Assembly: GCA_016788705.1 (NCBI GenBank)
Contig: JAEUSQ010000027.1
Span: 1,572 to 65,571, forward strand
Source of the DNA: Bacteroidota Order II. bacterium
GTDB taxonomy: Bacteria > Bacteroidota > Rhodothermia > Rhodothermales > UBA2364
DNA length: 64,000 nt
Direction of reading: 5' to 3'
This document shows, piece after piece, positions 18,111-27,422 of this stretch. The notes under the pieces were generated by a model. That model did no database searches and was not told the DNA's origin. It worked only from the letters and a program-made list of their open reading frames with translations. Each line of letters begins with the position of its first letter. Position 1 is the stretch's first letter. Made by a program: the position numbers and the translations under genes.

Positions 18111-19730
18111 TTATTTCCCATTTTTCACCAGACGAAGTTCTATTTCTCCACTTCCCGATATCCCTATTTCCTGCGCCACCTTAGGAGAAACCAATGCCAG
18201 ATTCGCACCGCTGGTAGTGCGATCTATCACTCGCGCAAAAGTATGCATATTCTTGGATTTGTTCGAAATTAAAACCACCGAGTTCATAGGCAAGTTTTTA
18301 TGGGAAATAGTAAGTTCATCCTGATCTAATTTTTCGCCCGAATTGGTGGCTGTCCCATTGGCACGGGTATCTATAACTGCTTTTCCTTTTTGGATGGTTC
18401 CTTTCAGTGCCGAAGCAAACGAAATACCTTGTTCTTTATTTGGGATGCGTAATACTTGTCCTTTTTTCAAAATATTTCCAGTACTATTGACAACTCGGAT
18501 AGAATTAGCGGACACATTGTATTTGTTGGCAATCTCTGTAATACCCTCACCTGCCTGAACCACATGCTTTCGCTCATATTTGCCCGACGTTGCGGGTAAT
18601 TGGATGACCTCGCCGGGCTTGAGGTTTTTACCTGCCCACGTCCCCGGATTCGCCGCCAATATATCTGCTACGGCTATGTTGTAACTGGTGGCAATGCTAT
18701 AAAAGGTATCACCACGGTTTATGCTATGTGTTTTGCCTGCTTTTGTTTGTCCCGGCAAGCTCGTTGAACGCGCCACCGTAGCCGACCGCGCAGGGGCTGT
18801 CGGCTTTGGTGTTGCCTCGGAGGAGGTACTCGGAGAAGCAGAAGCCGCAGGGGTCACTACTTTTAACACCTGCCCAACCGTAATTCTATCATTCCGGAGA
18901 CCATTTAAACGCCGTAGCGCTGCCGGGGTCAGTTTATGCCGTTGTGCAATGGAAAAAACCGTGTCTCCCGCTTTTACAATATAGGATCCAGGTGGCGCCA
19001 CTTGTTGATCATCCACACCCACAACGCCACCGGTACGGCGGGGATTGGTCGCCGCTGGATCAGATTGGTCATCAACGCCCACAATGCCACCGGTGCGGCG
19101 GGGATTGGTCGCCGCTGGATCAGATTGGTCATCAACGCCCACAATGCCACCAGTCCGACGCGAATTGATTGTGGAGGCTGCCACCGATCGTTGTTGCACG
19201 CTTTTCCGGGCAACTGTTTCTAAATTCACTCCTTCAATGGTCAGTACTTGCCCCAACTTCACCGTGTTATCGGGTAGATTGTTCATCGTTTTCAACTTAT
19301 CAACACTCAAGCCGTACCGACGCGAAATGGAATAAAGTGTTTCACCTGGTTTCACAGTATGCATCACCTTATCCGCACCCGTAGTGGTTGGAACAGCAGG
19401 GGCAGTGGCTGTACTGCTTGTAGAAGGCGAAGCCGATGGAATAGGCTCTGCCGTTGAGACGGGAACGCTTCCTGTGGTCGAGGTACTTTTTTTAATATTT
19501 AGCACCCCGCCTGCATCCAAGCGAAAATTTTTAAGGCCATTCAGTTGACGCAAATCGCTTAAGGACAGACCATATTTTTTGGCAATCGAATACAAGGTTT
19601 CACCCTTTTGGATAATATGTTTTGTTCCATCAACCGAGATCTGGGCGTATGCCATCCCAAAAGACAAACAAAACATTATGGCCCCCAAAACGGTGTGCCG
19701 AGCGAATAACTGTTGTTTAATCATCATCAT
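18111..19730 (-). CDS. Multi-LysM peptidoglycan-binding protein with C-terminal RlpA-like double-psi beta-barrel
   Basis: Signal peptide. At least 5 LysM units (e.g. [29 protein letters not shown]). The C-terminus [29 protein letters not shown]...ARVIDRT resembles RlpA. Confidence 0.8.
   Translation of the reverse strand: MMMIKQQLFARHTVLGAIMFCLSFGMAYAQISVDGTKHIIQKGETLYSIAKKYGLSLSDLRQLNGLKNFRLDAGGVLNIKKSTSTTGSVPVSTAEPIPSASPSTSSTATAPAVPTTTGADKVMHTVKPGETLYSISRRYGLSVDKLKTMNNLPDNTVKLGQVLTIEGVNLETVARKSVQQRSVAASTINSRRTGGIVGVDDQSDPAATNPRRTGGIVGVDDQSDPAATNPRRTGGVVGVDDQQVAPPGSYIVKAGDTVFSIAQRHKLTPAALRRLNGLRNDRITVGQVLKVVTPAASASPSTSSEATPKPTAPARSATVARSTSLPGQTKAGKTHSINRGDTFYSIATSYNIAVADILAANPGTWAGKNLKPGEVIQLPATSGKYERKHVVQAGEGITEIANKYNVSANSIRVVNSTGNILKKGQVLRIPNKEQGISFASALKGTIQKGKAVIDTRANGTATNSGEKLDQDELTISHKNLPMNSVVLISNKSKNMHTFARVIDRTTSGANLALVSPKVAQEIGISGSGEIELRLVKNGK
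19001..19170. repeat. 60-bp tandem repeat (about 2.8 copies) inside the LysM/RlpA gene, encoding [20 protein letters not shown] units
   Basis: Units 19021-19080 and 19081-19140 differ at 2 positions. Partial units flank them on both sides. Confidence 0.9.
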
Positions 19731-20052
19731 GAAAGTTAAGCTGTAGAGAAACTAGCGCGTTTTGCAATTCTGCACGTTCATGCATCGCAGATTGACTATC
19801 AGCAACTTGCGTGCCTAATTTATAGGTCGCCTCCGCTTTTTCGCGATCACCAAACTTCTCATACAGTTTACCCAGATGGTAGTATGTCCCGACGTATCCC
19901 GGATGCCCTTCGACGAGGGCTTCAAATTGCGTCCGCGCAGCCATTAGATCACCCATTTTCAGGTATTCCTGTGCGATTGCAAATTGTGTAAAAGCATCGG
20001 TTGGGTCCTCTGCCAAATACATTTTGAGTCTTTCTAATCTAGAAATTGCCAT
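19717..20052 (-). CDS. Tetratricopeptide-repeat protein (111 aa)
   Basis: TPR-like helices ([40 protein letters not shown]). Overlaps the start of the LysM gene. Confidence 0.7.
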   Translation of the reverse strand: MAISRLERLKMYLAEDPTDAFTQFAIAQEYLKMGDLMAARTQFEALVEGHPGYVGTYYHLGKLYEKFGDREKAEATYKLGTQVADSQSAMHERAELQNALVSLQLNFHDDD

Positions 20053-20174
20053 TGTTAAATTTTGAATAACATCGTTAGTTTACGAATTAAGTTACAACAA
20101 AACCCCTACTTCGTCAAAAAAAATGCGGCACCTCATTTCTGAAATACCGCCGTTTCTTGTATCGAGTCTAAGAT

Positions 20175-20936
20175 TTACCAACTATCCCCAGCGCCACCTC
20201 CGCCAAAGTCTCCCCCACCGAAGCCAAAGTCGGAGCTGCCGCCGCTACTCCACCCAGATGACGACGAGGAGGAAGAATCCCAGCCACTTCCGAAGATAAT
20301 AGGCCCACCACCATATCCACCACCAAAACCATCTCCACCCCTATTTCGGCGCGAAGCCTTGCTCACCACTACAAAAAAGAGAATGATAAGGATCAAAATA
20401 AACAGGAAGAAAATCAACCCAGCGAAATCGTCGTCATCAGAGGATGTGCCATCAGATTGATAGGCGCCACTGGCTGCCGATATTAAGGCATCCACCGCAG
20501 TATTCGTTCCTTGGAAATACTGTTCCTGCCGAAAAGCAGGCACCATGTATTCCCGAACAATTTGTTTGGCGGTAAAGTCGGTGATATTGGCCTCCAAGCC
20601 ACGTCCTACAGCAATATAAGCCTTCCGATCTCCTTTAGAAATCAGCACAATCACGCCGTTGTCCTTGTTTTTTGTTCCAACGCCCCACTCATGACCCAAT
20701 TCGGTGGCATATTGGTTCGCATCCATGCCTTCTAAAGAAGGTATGGTCACTACGACAAACTGATTCGAGGTTGAGTCTTCGTAGGCATTTAGTTTTTGTC
20801 GCAAGATTTCGCGCTCGTTACCCGAAAACAAGTTGGCCGCGTCGGTGACGGGACCAGTGGACTTAAGGTTGATTTTTTGACCGTAAACCGGAATGCCCAA
20901 CAACAGCAGGCACAACAAACGCAAAGCGTAACGCAT
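20175..20936 (-). CDS. TPM-domain (TLP18.3/Psb32/MOLO-1) protein with TM helix and Gly/Ser-rich tail
   Basis: Signal peptide, VTDAANLFSGNEREILRQKLNAYEDSTSNQFVVVTIPSL, a TM segment and a GGGYGGG...SSSSSS tail. Downstream of lemA. Confidence 0.8.
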   Translation of the reverse strand: MRYALRLLCLLLLGIPVYGQKINLKSTGPVTDAANLFSGNEREILRQKLNAYEDSTSNQFVVVTIPSLEGMDANQYATELGHEWGVGTKNKDNGVIVLISKGDRKAYIAVGRGLEANITDFTAKQIVREYMVPAFRQEQYFQGTNTAVDALISAASGAYQSDGTSSDDDDFAGLIFFLFILILIILFFVVVSKASRRNRGGDGFGGGYGGGPIIFGSGWDSSSSSSSGWSSGGSSDFGFGGGDFGGGGAGDSW

Positions 20937-21002
20937 GGTCGAAAGAGGCTAAATGGAAAGGGAGGGGCACAAAAACAGGCCCCACCCTTGGAACAAAAGA
21001 AG

Positions 21003-21587
21003 TTAGAACTGGACTTTAGGTGCATTTTGGGCACTGGCATCTGCCTGGAAGGGCTGCTTGGCCGAGAAACCCATCATACCTGCAAACATGACCAACGGAA
21101 AACTCCGAACCTTTACGTTGTAGTTTTGAACCACTTCGTTGTAACGATTCCGCTCCGTATTAATCCGGTTTTCTGTTCCTTCTAATTGACTTTGAAGCCC
21201 TACAAAAGCCTCTGTCGCCCGTAGTTGCGGATAGTTTTCTGCAACCATCATCAAGCGCCCTAAGCCTTGGCTCAGCGAAGCCTGCGCTTGTTGGAATTGC
21301 TGCATTTTCTGCGGATCATTCAAGTCTTCTGCTTTTAACTGGATAGAAGTGGCTTTCGCCCGTGCTTCCACCACTTGCGTCAGGGTTTGTTGTTCAAAAT
21401 TGGCTGCACCTTTCACAGTGCTGACCAAGTTCGGGACAAGATCTGCACGACGTTGATATGCCGATTGTACGTTGGCCCAAGCGGTTTGGACTTCGGAATC
21501 GGTTGTTACTAGGCCGTTATACTGAGAGCAGCCCCACATACCAAAGAGCGCCACCACAACAATTGCAAGAATAGCACCACCTTTCAT
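21003..21587 (-). CDS. lemA: LemA family protein
   Basis: N-terminal TM helix and the LemA signature region AWANVQSAYQRRADLVPNLV. Confidence 0.9.
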   Translation of the reverse strand: MKGGAILAIVVVALFGMWGCSQYNGLVTTDSEVQTAWANVQSAYQRRADLVPNLVSTVKGAANFEQQTLTQVVEARAKATSIQLKAEDLNDPQKMQQFQQAQASLSQGLGRLMMVAENYPQLRATEAFVGLQSQLEGTENRINTERNRYNEVVQNYNVKVRSFPLVMFAGMMGFSAKQPFQADASAQNAPKVQF

Positions 21588-21802
21588 AGTTTTATTAAAT
21601 TTTAAATAGGTGAAGGGATTGCATTACCGGATTGATAGAGCCGGTTGCTTTATGTGCCTTAATATACGCTTTAGGCTTGTGAGGTTGCGAATTTTTCGTC
21701 TTCAGGATTAAAGAAAAGGTGAATCCGGTTGAATGGCTGATATTACAGACCCTTTTTGATAGAGACATTATTCAATCTATTAGATTTTTGCTTCGTGGGT
21801 TT

Positions 21803-23359
21803 TTATTGCCATCGTTCCGAAACCGTATCTAATACCGACTTGGTTTTCTCAAAAAAATGCACGGCCCGTTCGGGTGTACGACCAATAGAGACCACACCCA
21901 ATTTTCCAAACTCGGAAAGCGCTCCTATCAAATGAAAGACCACCCCTTCTTGGTCGGTACTTTCATAATGCAGGTTCTCACACATCGCCAGATCAATCAG
22001 ATCGGGAGGAGTGATGCCTTTATAATGCGGGGACTTCAGGTTATCGGTGGCAAAATAAAAACGATTTTGTCCATTGAGGGTCTCATACAATCCGGAGTGT
22101 GGATTATACCGCCCATCAGTCAAAAACTGGAGCATCAGATAAGGATGGGTTGTCCCCCCTTTTCGGAGATTAATTTCGATAGCGAGATGTTTCCAGCAAT
22201 TGCCCTGTTTTACCGAAATAAAGTCCACCGCAAAGCGCCCCATCACGTTTTTGGACTGTAGTACTTTTCCTATGGCCAAGCCATTTCGGGCAATTTCGCG
22301 GCTATATTCGGGATCGGCAGGAAATTTTGCACCCAGAAAAATTTGTCCGGTTGCCGCATCCAAGACCTGATCGTGTGTAGAAACCACCTCCACCTCACCA
22401 AGCGGATTAATTCGACATTGTACAGAAGGAGAAACCTTCACCTCTCCTTCAACAAAGACTTCTACAATCCCGCCCAGTTCAATAATTTTCGCCATATAAG
22501 CCGCATAATCTAAATGTGGGGCCACTATTTTTAGGTGTTTGGGCAGGTAATGCTTCAGCCATTGTTTTAATGAAGCATCGGAAGGTGCTTGTTCTAAATG
22601 GACAATGGCATTGCCTTCTCCCGAGAAGCCTTCGTTCATTTTAACCACCATTTTGCGGGTTTCGGGCAATTGGCGTTTAATTTCAACAATGGCCTCTACC
22701 ACATCCAGTTCGCTTCTTAGGTTTTCAAAACCCGGCGGCATGTCCACACCTGCTTCACGAAAAGCCATACGACTCCCACTTTTCGATCCCCAAAACATAA
22801 GTTCCGGATCGCAGCCATACAGTGGAACCCCCAAACGTACTGACAAGGTTCGTTCAAGAGGTGTTACATTAAAAGCAGCAATGTGTGCGGCGTGACCATG
22901 TGGGATGCATTGTCGGATGCGCTCCATCAAAAGGGGCCGTTCCAAAATTTTCTGGGTCAAAGACTTGGCAGAGGCGTCGTAACAACTTAATAAGGTCAAA
23001 CGTTGGCGGGCATGCCATCCGGTAATTCCGGGTAATAAATGCAGGTAATAATCCACAATGACCGGATCAAGCGGGGTACTGGTTAGATAGATGATATGCG
23101 TTCGAGGCATACGCAACAGCATGAGCAGAGAAAGCATCCGTTCTTCGTAATGGATTTCTCCAGGTATGGTTCCGAGCATATCTTGGTCTAATGTGGTACT
23201 GGGCAGGACAATAATGGTTTTAGGCGCCAATGGATCAGGAAATGCATCTCGGTATTGTGTGACAAACGTATTTTGTAGCCGTAAGAATGCGGCTACTTCT
23301 TCGGTTGAAGCAGGGATAGGAAATTGAGGCGGCTCAATATGGGGAGAGAGTGCGTACAT
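21803..23359 (-). CDS. ATP-grasp-like carboxylate-amine/peptide ligase (PGM1-like, tentative)
   Basis: 518 aa. The central region GSKSGSRMAFREAGVDMPPG...KMVVKMNEGFSGEGNAIV resembles an ATP-grasp core. The assignment is from motif memory only. Confidence 0.5.
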   Translation of the reverse strand: MYALSPHIEPPQFPIPASTEEVAAFLRLQNTFVTQYRDAFPDPLAPKTIIVLPSTTLDQDMLGTIPGEIHYEERMLSLLMLLRMPRTHIIYLTSTPLDPVIVDYYLHLLPGITGWHARQRLTLLSCYDASAKSLTQKILERPLLMERIRQCIPHGHAAHIAAFNVTPLERTLSVRLGVPLYGCDPELMFWGSKSGSRMAFREAGVDMPPGFENLRSELDVVEAIVEIKRQLPETRKMVVKMNEGFSGEGNAIVHLEQAPSDASLKQWLKHYLPKHLKIVAPHLDYAAYMAKIIELGGIVEVFVEGEVKVSPSVQCRINPLGEVEVVSTHDQVLDAATGQIFLGAKFPADPEYSREIARNGLAIGKVLQSKNVMGRFAVDFISVKQGNCWKHLAIEINLRKGGTTHPYLMLQFLTDGRYNPHSGLYETLNGQNRFYFATDNLKSPHYKGITPPDLIDLAMCENLHYESTDQEGVVFHLIGALSEFGKLGVVSIGRTPERAVHFFEKTKSVLDTVSERWQ

Positions 23360-23514
23360 ATCTGGCCAAGCATGAAAGGTGTAAAAAAATTAGGACTACG
23401 AATAAAAATAACACCTCGCAACTTCCTGTTTATTAAGCCGTTGGTGTGTCTTTTTGTAAGGCTTTTCCCCACAAAAAAAGGCCCTCGGAAGTCGCGAAAG
23501 CCTCTAATGCTATT

Positions 23515-24834
23515 TTACCGATTCAACGATTCCGGCAAAGTCCCCGCTATAGATAAGTGTATGTCTTCGGGATTGATGTATTGACGAATCACCCGATTTA
23601 CCTCCTCCGCAGTGAGGGCCTCAATTTTGGGTACATACTCATCCAGCATATCAAGCGGATACCCTTCTTCGGCATTTTGCTGCATGGCCCTGGCCAATCC
23701 GTGCGTCGTCGCCATTTCCACTTGGTATTTTCCGGCAATCGTGGTTTTCTTTTCGGCCAACTCACTTTCGGTAATACCTTCTTGTACCCATTTACGAAGT
23801 TGCTCCTTGGTAGCAGAAATGCCTCTTTCGAGGTTTTCTTGGCTCAACGTAACGTAAATTTGAAAATAACCTGCGTATTCTTGTGTAACGCCAGAAAGGC
23901 TTGCACCGATGCCATAAGTCAACCCTTGTTCATCCCGAACCGTATTCATGAGGCGTGCCGAGAAATTCCCCCCCAGAATGTATGTCCCCAAGTACAAGGC
24001 CAAATAGTCGGGATGTTGTGTGGTGACGGGCGTCGGAACGCCCATCATGACATCTAAATTTTGGCGGTCTTTGAGTGCCGTTACTGTTTTTCCTGGATTG
24101 ATATTGCCCAAGGTCGCAAAAGTCGAAGTCCGGTTTTCCACCTGCCAATCCCCAAAAACCTGATCAACCAAGCTTGCAAAACCATCAGGATCCACATCTC
24201 CAGCGGTGCTGATAATCAATTGATTGGCCGAGATATGCTTCTGATGATATGCTTGCACTTGTTCCAGTTCCATCTGCTCCAGAAGGGCAATTTCCTGTTC
24301 GGCAGGTGTGTTATAATTGGGATGATTTTCTGGATACAGGGCATGGTTTAACCCCAATTCTGCCCTATATCGGGTGTTTGACAAACTGCGTTGCCGAGCA
24401 GAGATGGTTTGTAGCCGTAATTTGTCAAATTCTTCAGGGCCGAACTGTGGGGTATTCAGTTGCTCACCAAGTACACCCAGCACGGCAGGCAAGTCGGCTT
24501 TAAGTGACCTCCCAAAGAAACCAATGCGCAAACCGTCGGAGAACAGTTGAAGTTGTGCACCCCGTTTTTCTAATTCATCCGAGATCACAAACTTATCGCG
24601 GTATAAGGTTCCTTTATCCAACATAGCCACCATCAGTTCTTGTAAAAGCATTGGATCGGGGTGGTCGCCTTCTGGGAAGGAATAGAAAGAGCCGTACCAC
24701 GAAACCACCTCCCGGACAGATGTTGGGAGGGCAAAAATGGTGGCATTTTCAGTTTTAAGGGTTTTAATTCTATGAACAAACATATTTTTCTGATTCAAAA
24801 TATTTGGGATACAGCTTATTTTGGCAAGTGCCAA
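23515..24834 (-). CDS. M16-family (pitrilysin/insulinase) peptidase, subunit lacking the HxxEH motif
   Basis: M16 C-terminal-type architecture. It is paired with the catalytic subunit immediately upstream. An alternative start at 24783 would remove the 19-nt overlap. Confidence 0.8.
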   Translation of the reverse strand: MALAKISCIPNILNQKNMFVHRIKTLKTENATIFALPTSVREVVSWYGSFYSFPEGDHPDPMLLQELMVAMLDKGTLYRDKFVISDELEKRGAQLQLFSDGLRIGFFGRSLKADLPAVLGVLGEQLNTPQFGPEEFDKLRLQTISARQRSLSNTRYRAELGLNHALYPENHPNYNTPAEQEIALLEQMELEQVQAYHQKHISANQLIISTAGDVDPDGFASLVDQVFGDWQVENRTSTFATLGNINPGKTVTALKDRQNLDVMMGVPTPVTTQHPDYLALYLGTYILGGNFSARLMNTVRDEQGLTYGIGASLSGVTQEYAGYFQIYVTLSQENLERGISATKEQLRKWVQEGITESELAEKKTTIAGKYQVEMATTHGLARAMQQNAEEGYPLDMLDEYVPKIEALTAEEVNRVIRQYINPEDIHLSIAGTLPESLNR

Positions 24835-26093
24835 CCAATGGTACGCTTGTCTTCGATGAGGTATGTTTGGGCAACGCGCTGTATATCTGCCACCGTTACA
24901 GCCCCAATTCGGGTAACATACTCAGTGTAGAACTTCCAGTCTCCAATAGCAATGGCTTCGTTCAATTCGGAAGCGATATTGTACGAGCCGTCCCTATCGA
25001 ATGCCATCGAGGTCTTGATTTTTTGGCGGGCGCGGTCCAGTTCTTCTTGCGTAATGCCATTTTTCTGCACTTCTTTAAGGACTTTCAGTATGGCTTTTTC
25101 AATTTTGGCATGACGAACCCCCATTGCCTGATACCCAAATAGGTAAAACAATCCAGGATCGCGATGGCGCGAATTGGCCGCATATGCAGCGACGGTCAGC
25201 CCCTGATCCGTAAGCGCACGGTAAAGGCGGCTGTTTTTGCCCGAACCAAGCGCCATAGCCAACATGTCTAATGCATCATTATCGGTATGTAGCCCTTCCG
25301 GGTTTTTAAAGGCAATCATCACAGACCCCAACTCGGCTTCTTTGCGAACGGTTATCCGGCGTTCACCCCGTTGTTGTGGCTCCCTGATGGTTACTTCGGG
25401 GCGCGGAACAGTGGATTTTGGGAGGCCGCCAAAATACTGATGTACCCAAGCCAACGCCTGTTCGCGGTCTATGTCTCCGATAATAGAAAGCGTGGCATTA
25501 TCAGGCCAATAGAACGTATCATAAAATGCCCGCAGTTTTTCCGGCGTGGTTTGCTCGATGTCGCTCCGCCAACCAATGGTGCTATGGTGGTATGGATGCG
25601 CCAAGTAGGCCGTACTCCACACTGTTTGATACAGATTTTGTGTCGGTTCATTGTCACCTCGGTCAAACTCATTTAAGATTACGGTTTTCTCGGAAGCCAC
25701 ATCTTCTGGACTCAAGCGGGCAAATCGCATCCGGTCGGCTTCAATTTCCATCGCTAAGGGCAAATGGGCTTTGGGCAGCAGTTCAAAATAATTGGTTCGG
25801 TCCATCCAAGTGGTGGCATTCACCATGGCCCCCACCCGTTGTAATACATTAAATACCGATGTCCCGGCTTGTTTATTAAAGCGTTCCGTTCCTTTGAACA
25901 TCATGTGTTCTAAAAAGTGGGTAGCACCCGTATTCCCCGGTATTTCGTTGCGGCTTCCCACACGATACGTCACCATAAAGGTCACCACAGGCGCGGTGGC
26001 ATCCGGGTACAACAATACCTGTAAATCGTTGGATTGGTGTACCCACTGTTCAATGCCACCAGAGGTTTCGATAAAAGAAAAGGCTTCTAGCAT
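24816..26093 (-). CDS. M16-family zinc peptidase, catalytic subunit
   Basis: Inverted zinc motif HFLEHMMFKGT (HxxEH) near the N-terminus. Confidence 0.9.
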   Translation of the reverse strand: MLEAFSFIETSGGIEQWVHQSNDLQVLLYPDATAPVVTFMVTYRVGSRNEIPGNTGATHFLEHMMFKGTERFNKQAGTSVFNVLQRVGAMVNATTWMDRTNYFELLPKAHLPLAMEIEADRMRFARLSPEDVASEKTVILNEFDRGDNEPTQNLYQTVWSTAYLAHPYHHSTIGWRSDIEQTTPEKLRAFYDTFYWPDNATLSIIGDIDREQALAWVHQYFGGLPKSTVPRPEVTIREPQQRGERRITVRKEAELGSVMIAFKNPEGLHTDNDALDMLAMALGSGKNSRLYRALTDQGLTVAAYAANSRHRDPGLFYLFGYQAMGVRHAKIEKAILKVLKEVQKNGITQEELDRARQKIKTSMAFDRDGSYNIASELNEAIAIGDWKFYTEYVTRIGAVTVADIQRVAQTYLIEDKRTIGWHLPK

Positions 26094-26218
26094 ATTTTAG
26101 TTGGTTCATTTGCGGCCAGTCTGTACCTGATACAGACCACGACCATTTGTCTAAGCCATCAACATACCGTAGATTCCGATGAATGATTCCACTTGTACCC
26201 ATAAACTTTAGGTGAACC

Positions 26219-27127
26219 ATGCCGCCAGATATTGATCAGGTTGTTCTGAACTTTTCGCCCGCTTCCCTTACCTTGTTAAATGCGATTTTGGTTTTCCTTA
26301 TGTTTGGTGTTGCTTTAGAAATCCGCTTGTCTGATTTTCAGAATATCCTTGCATTTCCGCGTGCTGTTTTTATAGGTTTATTAAATCAATACCTTATTTT
26401 TCCTGCATTTACTTTTGTGCTGGTCTGGTTCTGGCAACCACCACCGAGTATGGCACTCGGGTTGTTTTTGGTTGCAGCCTGTCCGGGTGGAAGTTTATCC
26501 AATTATCTGACCAATTTCAGCGGAGGAAATACGGCGCTTTCGGTTAGCATGACAACTGTTTCGACGGTGGCTTCTATCATTGCCACCCCCGCTTTGTTTG
26601 CATTTTGGAGCAGCTTATACCCACCCGCTCGCCATTTATTGCGTGAGATCGCACTAGATCCCATAGGAATGATTGGTTCAATTGTGCTGATTCTCGGTGC
26701 ACCACTGGCTCTTGGAATGTGGATAGGCACCCGTTTTCCGACATTTACAGCCAAAATCGTAAAGCCTATCCGAAAAGCTTCTTTATTGATTTTTGTCTTT
26801 TTTTTGATGGGCGCTTTGGCAGCCAATGCCGTTCATTTCGTCAATATTATCGGCTCCATTTTCCTTTTGATTGCTCTCCACAATGGTGCAGCACTTGCGT
26901 TCGGATACTACTTTTCAAAATTGGCTCGCCTTCCCGAGGCTGACCGACGCGCCATGTCTATCGAAATTGCCATTCACAATACAGGCTTGGGGCTAGCCCT
27001 CGTTTTCTCCTTCTTTAGCGGGCTTGGCGGGATGGCTGTGGTTGCCGGTTGGTGGGGAATTTGGGACTTAATCACTGGCTTGGGGCTTGGGGCTTGGTGG
27101 CGAACTAAAAAAACACACGTTTTATGA
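26219..27127 (+). CDS. Bile acid:sodium symporter (BASS/SBF) family transporter
   Basis: About 10 TM helices. SBF-like signature ACPGGSLSNYLTNFSGGNTALSVSMTTVST. Confidence 0.75.
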   Translation: MPPDIDQVVLNFSPASLTLLNAILVFLMFGVALEIRLSDFQNILAFPRAVFIGLLNQYLIFPAFTFVLVWFWQPPPSMALGLFLVAACPGGSLSNYLTNFSGGNTALSVSMTTVSTVASIIATPALFAFWSSLYPPARHLLREIALDPIGMIGSIVLILGAPLALGMWIGTRFPTFTAKIVKPIRKASLLIFVFFLMGALAANAVHFVNIIGSIFLLIALHNGAALAFGYYFSKLARLPEADRRAMSIEIAIHNTGLGLALVFSFFSGLGGMAVVAGWWGIWDLITGLGLGAWWRTKKTHVL

Positions 27128-27371
27128 GCCATGATAGAACCTAAAATTTTCTAATTACACCAATGTAAATAATGAAATAAATAGGAATTTAGGTATAGGA
27201 AAGCCTATAAGACTTTAAAAATACCGTCAGCAATTCCACCTTTTTCAATTATCCTGACTTAGGGTGATTTTTTCCAACCTCTCCACCGAATATAAGTAAT
27301 GAATTTAGCACGGTAGTGAAATAAAGTTTAGCTATTTATTTTCTCATTTTCTTTGGAAAGATACACATTAA

Positions 27372-27398
27372 AAGCCCCTTAAAATACTTAAAGGGCTT
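27372..27398 (-). terminator. Probable terminator downstream of the GC-rich oxidase gene
   Basis: AAGCCCCTT and AAAGGGCTT form a stem with one bulge. A short U-run follows on the minus-strand transcript. Confidence 0.5.
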
Positions 27399-27422
27399 TA
27401 TAAATTTTGAACGTATCTGACT

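Noticed and set aside
18936-19384. Repeat-containing ORFs on both strands, and the possibility that the 60-bp repeats are a CRISPR-like array.
   Set aside because: The repeats are contiguous with no spacers and in frame with the LysM/RlpA protein. The alternative ORFs are by-products of the repeat.
20175-21587. LemA + TPM-domain gene pair as a possible novel system.
   Set aside because: This pairing is a widespread, already recognised conserved neighbourhood. Nothing is atypical here apart from the Gly/Ser-rich tail.
21803-26093. ATP-grasp ligase plus two M16 peptidases as a RiPP (graspetide-like) cluster.
   Set aside because: A hairpin/T-run terminator and a 155-nt gap separate the peptidase pair from the ligase. 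I found no precursor-peptide ORF. M16 pairs are common housekeeping genes.
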